Assembly (NCBI GenBank): GCA_047601445.1
Contig: JASGJH010000001.1
Span: forward strand, 7,008,001 to 7,072,000
Reading direction: 5' to 3'
Origin: Myxococcales bacterium
GTDB taxonomy: Bacteria; Myxococcota_A; Polyangia; Polyangiales; DASUME01
Length of the DNA: 64,000 nucleotides
Below the pieces are notes generated by a model. The model made no database searches and had not been told where the DNA came from. It was given only the letters and a program-made list of their open reading frames with translations. Shown one piece after another: positions 1 through 12,005 of this stretch; position 1 is the first letter of the stretch, and each line of letters begins with the position of its first letter. The translations under genes and the position numbers were made by a program.

Positions 1-1
1 G

Positions 2-3304
<3,303 letters not shown>

Positions 3305-3309
3305 CGGCT

Positions 3310-3342
3310 CGGGCCTGGGCGCCCCGGAGCTGCCCAGGCCCG
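3310..3342 (+). terminator. GC-rich hairpin after the DUF4215 gene (no U tract)
   Basis: CGGGCCTGGGC-N11-GCCCAGGCCCG. Confidence 0.35.
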
Positions 3343-3442
3343 CAGTCGACCCCTCGAGCTGGCGATCGGCCGCGCCCCGGAGCCTGAAACGCGCCGGAAG
3401 TTTGCCCCCGATTGGGAATGGTGCTTTGGCTAGGGCTTGCTC

Positions 3443-3838
3443 ATGCTCGCCCAAGGCACCTTCGAGACCTCGACCTCCCAGGCCACTCCCTACGACTCCC
3501 TGGAGGGCGTGGTGTTCTCCCGCTCGCGCTGGCAGCGCCGCTTCACCGGCGACCTCGCTGGCGAGGGGCAGCTCGAGATGCTCGGCGCGCGAACCCCGAC
3601 CCCGGGTTCGGCCGGCTATGTGGCCCTCGAGCGGATCACCTGCGAGCTACACGGAAAGCGCGGCTCGTTCGCGCTCCTGCACACCGCGCTCATGGGACAT
3701 GGGCCCCGTACCCTGGTGATCCAGATCGTGCCTGACTCCGGCACCGGGGCACTGCGATCCATCCGGGGCAGCATGGAGGTGAGCGTGGAAGGGGGAGCCC
3801 GCTCCTATCGCCTGCACTACGAGTTGAGGCCGGCTTAG
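3443..3838 (+). CDS. DUF3224 family protein
   Basis: FTGDLAGEG, SAGYVALERITCELHGKRGSFALLH and IVPDSGTGAL motifs. Confidence 0.85.
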   Translation: MLAQGTFETSTSQATPYDSLEGVVFSRSRWQRRFTGDLAGEGQLEMLGARTPTPGSAGYVALERITCELHGKRGSFALLHTALMGHGPRTLVIQIVPDSGTGALRSIRGSMEVSVEGGARSYRLHYELRPA

Positions 3839-4022
3839 GGGTCTGTCCCAATTTCGGAGTCTGGGCCTGGATCGTACGCGTGCCCGTGCCCGCAAACGAT
3901 CCCGCTGGTTTGCAACTGGGTATCCCGTGGCTTGCAGGTCCGGGTCCGTAGCCAAACGGTGTGGCTCGCCGAAGCTCACTCGCTATCATGGCGTCAGGAC
4001 TACCCTACGGAAGGGAGCGCCC

Positions 4023-4580
4023 GTGGCCTACGAGCGAATGAGTAGCACCGAGCTGCACCAGGCTCTGCGAGACTCCAGCAACAGGGCCCTGTGTGCCGAG
4101 GACGCGAGCTTGCGTCTGCTGTTCGAGCTGCAGGTTCACCAGATCGAGCTGGAGATGCAGAACCGGGAGATGCGCGAGATGCGCGCTGAACTCGAGGCCT
4201 CCCGGGACCGCTATGCGAGCAGGTACGACTTCTCGCCGGTCGTGCTGTGCACCTTGGACGATCGCGGGGTCATCGTGGACCTCAACTTGACGGCAGCGGA
4301 GTTCTTCGGGCGAGAGCGAGAGTTCCTGCGGCGCCTGCCCATCACCGTATTCTTGAAGGACGACACGCTGCGCCTGTGGCAGCTGATGGGCGAAGCCGCC
4401 ACGACTGGCAGGCGAGTACGCGGCACGTTCAAGCTGTTGCTTGCTGGAAAGTCGCTCTCCGCGGAGTTTCTCTGTGTCCCCGCCGAGCGCGGGCACGGGT
4501 CGAAGAAGAACCGAGTGTTCGAGGTCGCCATCGTCGAAACCAAGGTCGTCCAGGAAGCGGTCGAGGTCTCCAGCGGGTAG
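4023..4580 (+). CDS. Stand-alone coiled-coil + PAS domain protein
   Basis: ELQVHQIELEMQN coiled coil, then YDFSPV...LD..G.I.D.NLTAA PAS. GTG start after AAGGGAG. Confidence 0.8.
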   Translation: MAYERMSSTELHQALRDSSNRALCAEDASLRLLFELQVHQIELEMQNREMREMRAELEASRDRYASRYDFSPVVLCTLDDRGVIVDLNLTAAEFFGREREFLRRLPITVFLKDDTLRLWQLMGEAATTGRRVRGTFKLLLAGKSLSAEFLCVPAERGHGSKKNRVFEVAIVETKVVQEAVEVSSG

Positions 4581-4663
4581 CCGCCAACTGGTGTCCGCCA
4601 ATCAGCCTGGGTCGTTCCTAGGCTCGAAGCCCGGGTGCGCCTCCTTCGGTCGCCGCGTGTGTC

Positions 4664-6646
4664 TTAGGTCCGACGGCTGCGTCGCCACCCGAACCACCAC
4701 ATCAAGCAGGCCGCCAGCAGCGCACCACCTTGGGGCAGCTCGTGGCCCGCTCCGAGCGTGCGACAGGCGCAGTCGCCGGGCGTCGAGGGCCGCACCGTGT
4801 CGTTCCCGAGGTTGTAGCCATGGTCGCCCGCGTCGCTTTCAATGCCCAAGTCGTCCGGAGCCGAGTCATCCTCGTCATCAGGCGTGCTTCCCGCGTCCGC
4901 TTCCGTGCCTGCATCGAGATCGACGGCGGGCACGTCGAGCGCACCTGGCAGCGAGCCCGCCGCCAACGGGATCACGAGTTCGCTCGGGTGCTCGTCGTCC
5001 GTATACAGCGTCAGCGTGGTGGCCACAGGCTTGGCCGAGACCAGCGGATCACCCACGTTGGGATTCGGCTCGTAGCGTGGGCTGCTGGTGCCCGACACGG
5101 CGATGCGCAGGGCCTGCCCCGGTGCGAGCTTCACCGCCATCGGTCCGAGCTGGATGTCGAAGCGGACGGGTTGGCCCGGTACGAGCGGCACGCGCTTGTC
5201 GTTGCCCGCCACGAAGCGACCGCGCCGTATGCCGTCGCTGAGCGCCACGGCTTTGCCCATCGCGGTGAGCACCTCCGCACGCACGATCACGTCGACGTCG
5301 CTGGTGGCGCTACTCGCCCACAAATGAAGCCGCAAATTGCCACGAATTTGCGTGATCTCCGTGACGGGCATGGAGGCCGCCACGAACACCGCGGGCGACG
5401 CGTCGAGCTTGGCTTGATCGAACGGACCCGCTGCGGTCGCGAGGTTGCCACCGCCCAGGGAGGCCAGCGGCGCGGCAGGGTCCACGGGCAACGCGCGCGG
5501 TGCGTCTTGCGATGGGGCCGAACCGAGTGCCCCCGACGATTGCACGAAGAGCCGCTTGTCGACGCTCTCGGGAGGAGGCCAGGTGCCGCTCTCGAGCCAG
5601 GTCCCGTGCGCCACGATGCGGGGCGTATTGTCGGCCGGGTCGTTGGCCATCTCGTCGGTGACTTCGGTCTCGTAGTAGCGAACCGGAGCGAACTGCGGTC
5701 GCGCGCCGTCCTGCGTGCACCAGCGCACGTAGGCGAGTAGTTCGTCGCCCGCCGCGGTGTAGGGCGCGTCCTCGGGGAACAGCAGCTCGCCCTGCGTGCG
5801 CGTGCCGATGCCGCCGTGGGTCCATGGACCGAGGATGAGGAACACGTTCTCGCGCGCCTCGGGTGCGGCATAGGTCTGCAACTCACGCAGCGCGCGCACC
5901 TCACTGGGCGCGAAGATGTCGAACATACCGCCGATGATGAACACGGGGTGCTTGACCTTGCTCATCTCATCGGTGGTCAGCGTCGCGTCGTCCCAGTAGC
6001 TGTCGCGGACCTCGTGACTCTTCCAGAGCGTCACCACATCGGCCGCTCCCAGATCCGTGAGCCAGCGCGTGCCGAGATCGGTGCGCCAGGCGCCGCCCGG
6101 AAAGAGGCCCTCGTACACGTCGTGGGTCGGCATGCCGAGGTGCGCGCAACGCAGGGCCTCGGGGGCATCACCCATGGCCATGAACTGCACGATGCCCTCG
6201 GCGGAATTGCTGTAGGTGGCGATGCGTCCGTTCGACCAGGATTGCTTCGTAATCCATTCCATGGTGGCGCGACCATCCACCTGGTCGTCGAAGAAGGGCT
6301 CGAAGGTGCCCTGGGAGTTGCCGCGTCCACGCACGTCCTGCGAGACCAGCACGAAGCCGCTGTTGACGATGGCCTGCGCCAGCGAGAAATCCACGCCGCG
6401 TCCGTAGGGAGTGCGCCGCAGCAGCACCGGCCGCTTCTCCTGCGAGAGCAGCGGCTGCCACACGTCGGTGGCCAGCGTCACGCCGTCGGGCATGGCCACC
6501 TGGACCGTGGTGGGTAAGGCCTGCGCGAGAGCGGGTGCAGGAGCGAGCGCGAAGCAAGCGAGCGTGAAGACACCGAGCGCGAAGCAAGCGAGCGCGAAGA
6601 CACCGAGCGCGGAGCAAGCGAGCAAGATAAGACGGCGACTAGACAT
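4664..6646 (-). CDS. CocE/NonD family serine hydrolase, secreted, with MYXO-CTERM-like anchor
   Basis: MPDGVTLATD, RTPYGR, QDVRGRGNSQG, WSNGRI, GPWTH. C-terminus CAC...hydrophobic...RRSRR. Confidence 0.9.
   Translation of the reverse strand: MSSRRLILLACSALGVFALACFALGVFTLACFALAPAPALAQALPTTVQVAMPDGVTLATDVWQPLLSQEKRPVLLRRTPYGRGVDFSLAQAIVNSGFVLVSQDVRGRGNSQGTFEPFFDDQVDGRATMEWITKQSWSNGRIATYSNSAEGIVQFMAMGDAPEALRCAHLGMPTHDVYEGLFPGGAWRTDLGTRWLTDLGAADVVTLWKSHEVRDSYWDDATLTTDEMSKVKHPVFIIGGMFDIFAPSEVRALRELQTYAAPEARENVFLILGPWTHGGIGTRTQGELLFPEDAPYTAAGDELLAYVRWCTQDGARPQFAPVRYYETEVTDEMANDPADNTPRIVAHGTWLESGTWPPPESVDKRLFVQSSGALGSAPSQDAPRALPVDPAAPLASLGGGNLATAAGPFDQAKLDASPAVFVAASMPVTEITQIRGNLRLHLWASSATSDVDVIVRAEVLTAMGKAVALSDGIRRGRFVAGNDKRVPLVPGQPVRFDIQLGPMAVKLAPGQALRIAVSGTSSPRYEPNPNVGDPLVSAKPVATTLTLYTDDEHPSELVIPLAAGSLPGALDVPAVDLDAGTEADAGSTPDDEDDSAPDDLGIESDAGDHGYNLGNDTVRPSTPGDCACRTLGAGHELPQGGALLAACLMWWFGWRRSRRT
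6544..6623. repeat. 30-bp in-frame tandem repeat (about 2.7 copies) in the CocE signal peptide
   Basis: Unit CGAGCGCGAAGCAAGCGAGCG(T/C)GAAGACAC, encoding repeated LAC(S/F)ALGVF(A/T). Confidence 0.85.
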
Positions 6647-6783
6647 TTGGGCCTATCTTAGACAGACCCCGGCGCGTGCAAAGCGGGGCTGATTGACATC
6701 CGAGGCCACTACGACGGGCCCCCGTGTCAGCCGGGCCCACGCACGAAATCCGCCGCCTTCGTGCTACAAGGGGCCCCACGTCC

Positions 6784-7800
6784 ATGATCTCCCCACGCCT
6801 GCTCCGCGCGTTTGGGCTCGTTGCGTCCTTCGCATGCGGTCCGCGCGTGGAGGTCCTCGAGCCCGACGACAGCACCGATGCGGGCGCCGAGCATGCCCTC
6901 GCCCCGCGCGACGCCGGACCGAGCGAGGAGCCAGCGTCACGGGACGCATCATCGGATCCCGAGCCTGCCCGCGCCCCAAAGGACGGCGGTGCGGCCGACC
7001 TCCCCATGGCGCAGGACCCCGAGTGCGATCTCCATGGATCGTGGATTGCGCGTCAGGCCAGCTTGAGTCGCGCGCTGGGCGCGCCGCAGGTGGCAAGTAC
7101 TTGGTACTACTTGGAGTTCGCGCAGGACGGCGATCAGGTGGTGGTGACGCGCCACTTCGACTGCGGGGTGGAGGTCCACGGCACGGTGCTCGTGCAGCTG
7201 ACCCCGGCCACGGTCCGCGCCTTCATCGCCCACAATCTCCAGGCCGGCCGCAAGGGGACGATGCGCAAGGCAGGAGCGCGCTGTGAGTTTTCGCTGGAGC
7301 GTTTCTGGAGCGTGCGCGGGGCTGACGAGCAGCGCTTTCGGCCGCAAAGCAACGCCGCCAAGCTGAGCATCCCGGACCTCGCCGCGAGCAATCCGTTGCC
7401 GACCAAAGACCACCTCGATGGTGCACTCGACTGGGAAAAGGACGGTCAGCTGGGGGTGGCCTGGCAGGTCTCGGGCATCGTGAGTGGCACGCGCAACACC
7501 GTGCAGCGCGACTGGACGGAGTGGTTCACGGACACCACGCGGGTGATCGCGCCGGCCAAGGACTGGAGCGAGGACCTGGTGGCGCGCGTACGGGTGGACA
7601 ACGAGGAGAACGTGCTCGAAGCGAGCTCGCCCACGGTGAGCTCGGGAGGTACCTCGGACAGCACGGCCGCCAACCATGTGACGCTGCGTTTCCTAGGACG
7701 GAATCCGGACGACTCGCGTGCCCAGGCGCTGATCGCGGACGATCCCTTCGAGACCTGCAACGCCATCCGTGAGGCGCTACCCGCGCTCGATGAGCTCTGA
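6784..7800 (+). CDS. Hypothetical lipoprotein
   Basis: MISPRLLRAFGLVASFA-C lipobox, DAG-rich linker, globular C-terminal domain. Confidence 0.7.
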   Translation: MISPRLLRAFGLVASFACGPRVEVLEPDDSTDAGAEHALAPRDAGPSEEPASRDASSDPEPARAPKDGGAADLPMAQDPECDLHGSWIARQASLSRALGAPQVASTWYYLEFAQDGDQVVVTRHFDCGVEVHGTVLVQLTPATVRAFIAHNLQAGRKGTMRKAGARCEFSLERFWSVRGADEQRFRPQSNAAKLSIPDLAASNPLPTKDHLDGALDWEKDGQLGVAWQVSGIVSGTRNTVQRDWTEWFTDTTRVIAPAKDWSEDLVARVRVDNEENVLEASSPTVSSGGTSDSTAANHVTLRFLGRNPDDSRAQALIADDPFETCNAIREALPALDEL

Positions 7801-8745
7801 GTGGAGAGGCATGTAGCGGGTTCGAGAGCGACCTCCAGCGAGGGCCTGCTAGACTCCGCCGGCATGCAAGGAGACCTCGTTGGTGACGCGAGCGCGGGCG
7901 CGACTTCCTCGGGTCCTACGCTTCGGATTTGGTCCAGCCATGCGGGCAAGCGCACGCTCGAGAAGCTCTGGCTCGCCTACACGCCGGTCTGGGGGGCCGT
8001 GTGTGGCGTGGTGATGGTGGGCGGCTTCGCCGAGACCTGGGGCGACTTCGGCCTGCTCTCGCTGGGCATGGGCATCGCGTTGCCAGCTGTGCTGCTCCCG
8101 CTCTGGGCGCGCACTCCGGAGGAACTGGGTCGCCCCCTTCACGAGAGTGCCAGCTTCAAGCTCTCCCTGTCGGTGTTGGCGTTCTCTTTCTTGCTCAACT
8201 ACACGCAGACGCCCTTCTTCTTCGACGTGCTGCACGCCCACTTCGGCTTCCACAGCACGCTGAACATCCGCAACAATCCCTTCTTCCTGTACCTCATGAC
8301 GGTGGCCTACTTCAGCACCTACTCGGTGCTGCTAATGATGGCCTACCGCGTCTCCCAGGCCCTGTTCGTGTCGGCGCCGCGTTTCGTGCGTATCCTGGCC
8401 GCTGGCAGCGCGTGCGTGCTGGTGGCTGCCATGGAGGCCGTGTTCAACGCCAACCCGTTCACCGCCCGGCTCTACTGCTTCGACGACACCGCCTTCGCGC
8501 TCTGGTTCGGCAGCCTTGCCTACGGCCTCTCCTTCATGTTCATCCTGCCCGTCTGGATCGGCATCGACGAGCGCCCGGGTGTGCGCACGCCGTGGTTCCA
8601 CGTGTTGGTGGGCGTGCTCGCTGCGGTCTACGCCGACTCACTCGCCCTCGACTTCCTGCGCTACCACGTGGCGCCGCGCTACACGGTGGTGCACGAGAAC
8701 GCCGTGGGCCTCCTGGACGTGGCCACGAGCTGCCTCGGGCGTTGA
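7801..8745 (+). CDS. Cycloeucalenol cycloisomerase (cyclopropylsterol isomerase, CPI1)-like membrane protein; start uncertain (ATG 7864 possible)
   Basis: Collinear motifs resembling plant CPI1: W....KR..E...L.YTP.W, FS...NY..T..FF.VL, A..E....AN, P....IDE, LD..R. Multi-TM. Confidence 0.75.
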   Translation: MERHVAGSRATSSEGLLDSAGMQGDLVGDASAGATSSGPTLRIWSSHAGKRTLEKLWLAYTPVWGAVCGVVMVGGFAETWGDFGLLSLGMGIALPAVLLPLWARTPEELGRPLHESASFKLSLSVLAFSFLLNYTQTPFFFDVLHAHFGFHSTLNIRNNPFFLYLMTVAYFSTYSVLLMMAYRVSQALFVSAPRFVRILAAGSACVLVAAMEAVFNANPFTARLYCFDDTAFALWFGSLAYGLSFMFILPVWIGIDERPGVRTPWFHVLVGVLAAVYADSLALDFLRYHVAPRYTVVHENAVGLLDVATSCLGR

Positions 8746-8832
8746 GTTGGGTCGTCGGGAGGGCAGGGCGCCTCCCGCCCGAAATGCCCATCTCGGCGAC
8801 CGCCTCGTTCGGCGAATGAACTGCACGGGCCT

Positions 8833-8847
8833 TCGCAGGATTTGCGC
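8833..8847. promoter_or_regulatory. Putative enhancer-binding-protein site (GCGCA-N5-TGCGC type)
   Basis: TCGCA-GGATT-TGCGC, about 40 bp upstream of the sigma54 element. Confidence 0.4.
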
Positions 8848-8888
8848 ATGATGGCGTGAAAATGCCGAAAACCGCCGAAATTCGACCG

Positions 8889-8904
8889 TGGCGTGAAGCT
8901 TGCT
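8889..8904 (+). promoter_or_regulatory. sigma54 -24/-12 promoter for hpf-CBS
   Basis: TGGCGT-GAAGC-TTGCT with correct GG-N10-GC spacing. Confidence 0.65.
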
Positions 8905-8916
8905 CTCCAGCCCAGC

Positions 8917-9267
8917 ATGGAACCCACTCTGCAAATCAACTTCCATGGCCTCGCCCATTCGGACGCAGCGGAGGCCCTCGTACGTGAACGAATGATCGAG
9001 CTGGCACGGGAGGGGCGACCTCTCACGCGCTGTCGCGTGACCATCGAGGCTCCGCACCGGCATCACCGCAAGGGCAATCGGTTCGACATCCATCTCGAGC
9101 TGCACGGCATGGGCGGGCATCGCATCGTCCACCGCAAGAGCTCCCATGAAGACGCCTTCGCGGCCATCCGCGACGTGTTCGACGCGGCGCGTCGCGGCTT
9201 GCAGGTTCGGCGCGGTCGTGGCGCAGACGCTGGGCACGGTTCGAAGCAACAGAGGTTGATGCCATGA
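8917..9267 (+). CDS. HPF/RaiA family ribosome hibernation protein
   Basis: LQINFHGLAHSDA, CRVTIEAPHRHHRKG, HEDAFAAIRDVFDAARR. Confidence 0.85.
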   Translation: MEPTLQINFHGLAHSDAAEALVRERMIELAREGRPLTRCRVTIEAPHRHHRKGNRFDIHLELHGMGGHRIVHRKSSHEDAFAAIRDVFDAARRGLQVRRGRGADAGHGSKQQRLMP

Positions 9268-9671
9268 AATCCATTCCGACCATCGAGAAGTACATGACGA
9301 CGAGCCCGCATACGATCGGGGTCGATCAACCTCTCAGCCAAGCTCACGGGGTGCTGCGAGAGCATCGCATCCGTCATCTGCCCGTGCTGCGGGGTGGCAA
9401 GCTTGCTGGCGTCTTGAGTGAGCGCGACCTGGCTTTGATCGAGACGCTGCGAGAGGTCGATCCGCGCAAGGTTGTGGTGGAGGAGGCGATGAACGCCGAG
9501 GTCTATGCGGTGTCGCCCAAGGCCTCGCTGGACGAAGTGGTGCGCGACATGGCTGCGCGCCGGTACGGCTGCGCGGTGGTGGTCGACAATCTAAAGGTCG
9601 TGGGCATTTTCACGGCGGTCGACGCTTGTCGGGCGTTCGCCGAGCTCCTTCAGCAGCGCCTGTCGCACTGA
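9264..9671 (+). CDS. CBS-pair domain protein
   Basis: YMTTSPHTI, IRHLPVL..GKLAGVLSERDL, YGCAVVV...VVGIFT. ATGA overlap with hpf. Confidence 0.9.
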   Translation: MKSIPTIEKYMTTSPHTIGVDQPLSQAHGVLREHRIRHLPVLRGGKLAGVLSERDLALIETLREVDPRKVVVEEAMNAEVYAVSPKASLDEVVRDMAARRYGCAVVVDNLKVVGIFTAVDACRAFAELLQQRLSH

Positions 9672-9709
9672 GGGGAGGCAACGGTAGGCGCGCGGGGCGT
9701 AGGCAAGCC

Positions 9710-9830
9710 GAGCACGAGGACGAGCACGAGACGCGAACGCCAACCGAGCCGGGCGACGCGAGCGTCATCCTTCGCGTCGCCGTGCTTGTTCTCGTGCTTG
9801 TTCTCGTGCCCGTGCTCGTGCTCGTGCTCG
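9710..9830. repeat. REP-like imperfect inverted repeat built of CACGAG/CTCGTG hexamers
   Basis: Arms 9710-9739 and 9769-9799 pair with several G-U wobbles, followed by a (CTCGTG)n tract. Confidence 0.65.
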
Positions 9831-9980
9831 CACGTGTTCGGTTTCACACCGCTCACTCACAGGAGCACACGCTCGATATGCCTCGCCAACGCCTTGATTC
9901 TCTCCTTCTCCGGTGCCGCACCCCCGCACGGGTACACCTCGCGGAGTGTCCAAGACTCAGCGAGCAAGAGAGGTGCACCG

Positions 9981-10511
9981 ATGGAGAAGCAGCCCGTCAA
10001 GAAGCCCAGCGCACGCAGCGCCACGCGAGAGCGCGCCCAGTCCGACTTTAGCCCGGAAGCGATCGAGCAGATCAGCGTCGCTCTCAACACGCTGCTGGCC
10101 GATACCTTTGGCCTTTACGTGAAGACCAAGAACTTCCACTGGCACTTGGAGGGGCCGCACTTTCGGGACTACCACCTGTTGCTCGACGAGCAGTCCGATC
10201 AGATCTTCGCCATGTCCGACCCACTGGCCGAGCGCGTGCGCAAGGTCGGTGGTCGCACGCTGACGTCGCTGGGACAGATGGCGCGGCTCGAGCGCATCGC
10301 CGACAACGATCAGGAGTCCGTGCTCGCTCCGGACATGCTGCGCGAGCTGCAGCAGGACAATCGCTCGTTGGCCGGGCACCTGCGCGAGGCGCACGAGGTG
10401 TGCGACAAGCATCAGGACTTTGCCTCGGCCAGCCTGATCGAGAACTGGATCGACGAGGCCGAGCGCCGCGCCTGGTTCCTCTACGAAGCCACCCAGCGCG
10501 GCGAGACCTGA
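9981..10511 (+). CDS. dps: DNA starvation/stationary phase protection protein Dps
   Basis: LYVKTKNFHWHLEGPHFRDYHLLLDEQ, DPLAERVRKVGG, WIDEAERRAWFL. GAGG RBS. Confidence 0.95.
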   Translation: MEKQPVKKPSARSATRERAQSDFSPEAIEQISVALNTLLADTFGLYVKTKNFHWHLEGPHFRDYHLLLDEQSDQIFAMSDPLAERVRKVGGRTLTSLGQMARLERIADNDQESVLAPDMLRELQQDNRSLAGHLREAHEVCDKHQDFASASLIENWIDEAERRAWFLYEATQRGET

Positions 10512-10867
10512 GCGGTCCGGGGGCAGGGCCGGAGGTATCCTGCAGAGCACCAAAGCCCTCGATTCGAGGCGTGTCCCTGTGCTCGCCCGTCCACCAGGGA
10601 TCACCTTGGCCTCGATTCCCTACATCCTCGATCGGTGCCGCTCGACCGAAGCTCCGGGTGATCAGGCGCGGCACACAACGTCCTCCCTTCCTGCGTGGAC
10701 GCAGATGCGTCTAACATTCCTAGAGCGGGGGCGCTGAACCGCGCGGCCTGAGCGAGTGGCTTCACCGATGGCGTGTGAGCTCGATCGCTCGCTCATGCCG
10801 AACCGCCGTGTACGGGCTGGTGTGTCACGGGCTACAGGGGTTCGCGGCAGAAGGAAGGGGTCGGGGT

Positions 10868-11965
10868 ATGGATGGTGCGCGGGCAGACTCCGTGAACGGA
10901 GCATCGAATCAGGGGTTCAGCTCGAAGCTTGCCCCTGGAGCACAGCGGTTCTTGTCCTATGCGATCGAGCACGCGCTCAAGTGCGGCAGACGCTCGCCCA
11001 GGGACTTCATCCGGCACTTCTCGCCCGCGACCATCATGAGCGGCCTGGAGAACGAGCCTCAGCTGCGCGCCAATATCTTGGTGGTGGCCACCGGCACGCG
11101 CATGAACATCGCGCTCAAGAAGTCGTCGGCCTCCTGCGGCAGTGACCTGCAGATCGCCCTCGACGAGCGCGAGACCGACGCCGACACGGTGGTCTCGCTG
11201 TTCGACCCGGACGACCGCGTGCGCTTCCTGGACAACCGCGCGCTGTGGACCTTCTTGACCGAGGGCCAGTTCTGGCAGGTCGAAACCAAGGAAGTCGGCG
11301 CGCACGCGCTGGCGTCGGCGCACATCAGCTATCTGATCGAGCGCGCCCTGGAGGATCACCTGCTCTCGCACCGCGACGTGGTGCGCGGCATCAGCGTCGA
11401 GGCGATGACGGAGTATCTGCCGCGCTCGGAGCTGCCCAAGATCATTGAGGCCGCGCTGCAGTTGGGCGACGCCAAGCGGCCGTTCCTCGAGCGGGATCTC
11501 TTGGCGTCCATCGGCATCCCGACGCTCACCGAGTACATCCCGTTGATCGCCATCTGGCATCGCGTGGTGGTGCCCTTCATCGCCGAGGCTCACGCCCTGG
11601 TGCGCAACGAAGATCCCGGGCCCAGCGAAGACACCTTGATGGAGCAGGGCTTCTTCCAGCGCGTGCGCGAAGCCGCCGCTGCCCAGGCCGCAGCCGCAGC
11701 CTCAGCGCCGCAACCCGCCGCCCCCACCGCGGCTGCCCCCACTGCGCAAGCGCCCGCGCCCGTCGCCAGTGCCCCTGGCAGCGTCCTCAAGCCCATCCCG
11801 CGTCCTGCTACGGCCATGCCGCTGTCGCCCGTCAAGAGTGCGCCGCGCAGCGAGGAGCGCAGCGTGGAGATCGACCTCGACGAGAGCGGCAGCGGGCTCG
11901 CCAATGCGCGCTCGCTGGCCAAGAAGCCGCTCAAGCGACCGGGCTCCATTCCTCCCACGGCGTGA
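10868..11965 (+). CDS. Hypothetical protein with Ala/Pro-rich C-terminal tail
   Basis: Long ORF with typical GC3 bias, helical N-terminal domain and low-complexity tail. Start uncertain. Confidence 0.7.
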   Translation: MDGARADSVNGASNQGFSSKLAPGAQRFLSYAIEHALKCGRRSPRDFIRHFSPATIMSGLENEPQLRANILVVATGTRMNIALKKSSASCGSDLQIALDERETDADTVVSLFDPDDRVRFLDNRALWTFLTEGQFWQVETKEVGAHALASAHISYLIERALEDHLLSHRDVVRGISVEAMTEYLPRSELPKIIEAALQLGDAKRPFLERDLLASIGIPTLTEYIPLIAIWHRVVVPFIAEAHALVRNEDPGPSEDTLMEQGFFQRVREAAAAQAAAAASAPQPAAPTAAAPTAQAPAPVASAPGSVLKPIPRPATAMPLSPVKSAPRSEERSVEIDLDESGSGLANARSLAKKPLKRPGSIPPTA

Positions 11966-12005
11966 CGTCGCACGGGCTCGTGGCGGCTCGCCGGGTGCGA
12001 GCGAG

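Noticed and set aside
3427..3441. sigma54-like TGGCTAGGGCTTGCT before the DUF3224 gene
   Set aside because: GG-GC spacing is one base short, and the element abuts the start codon.
3838..6670. GGGGTCTGTC...GACAGACCCC inverted pair as transposon ends
   Set aside because: Only 10 bp, no transposase and no target duplication; plausible by chance.
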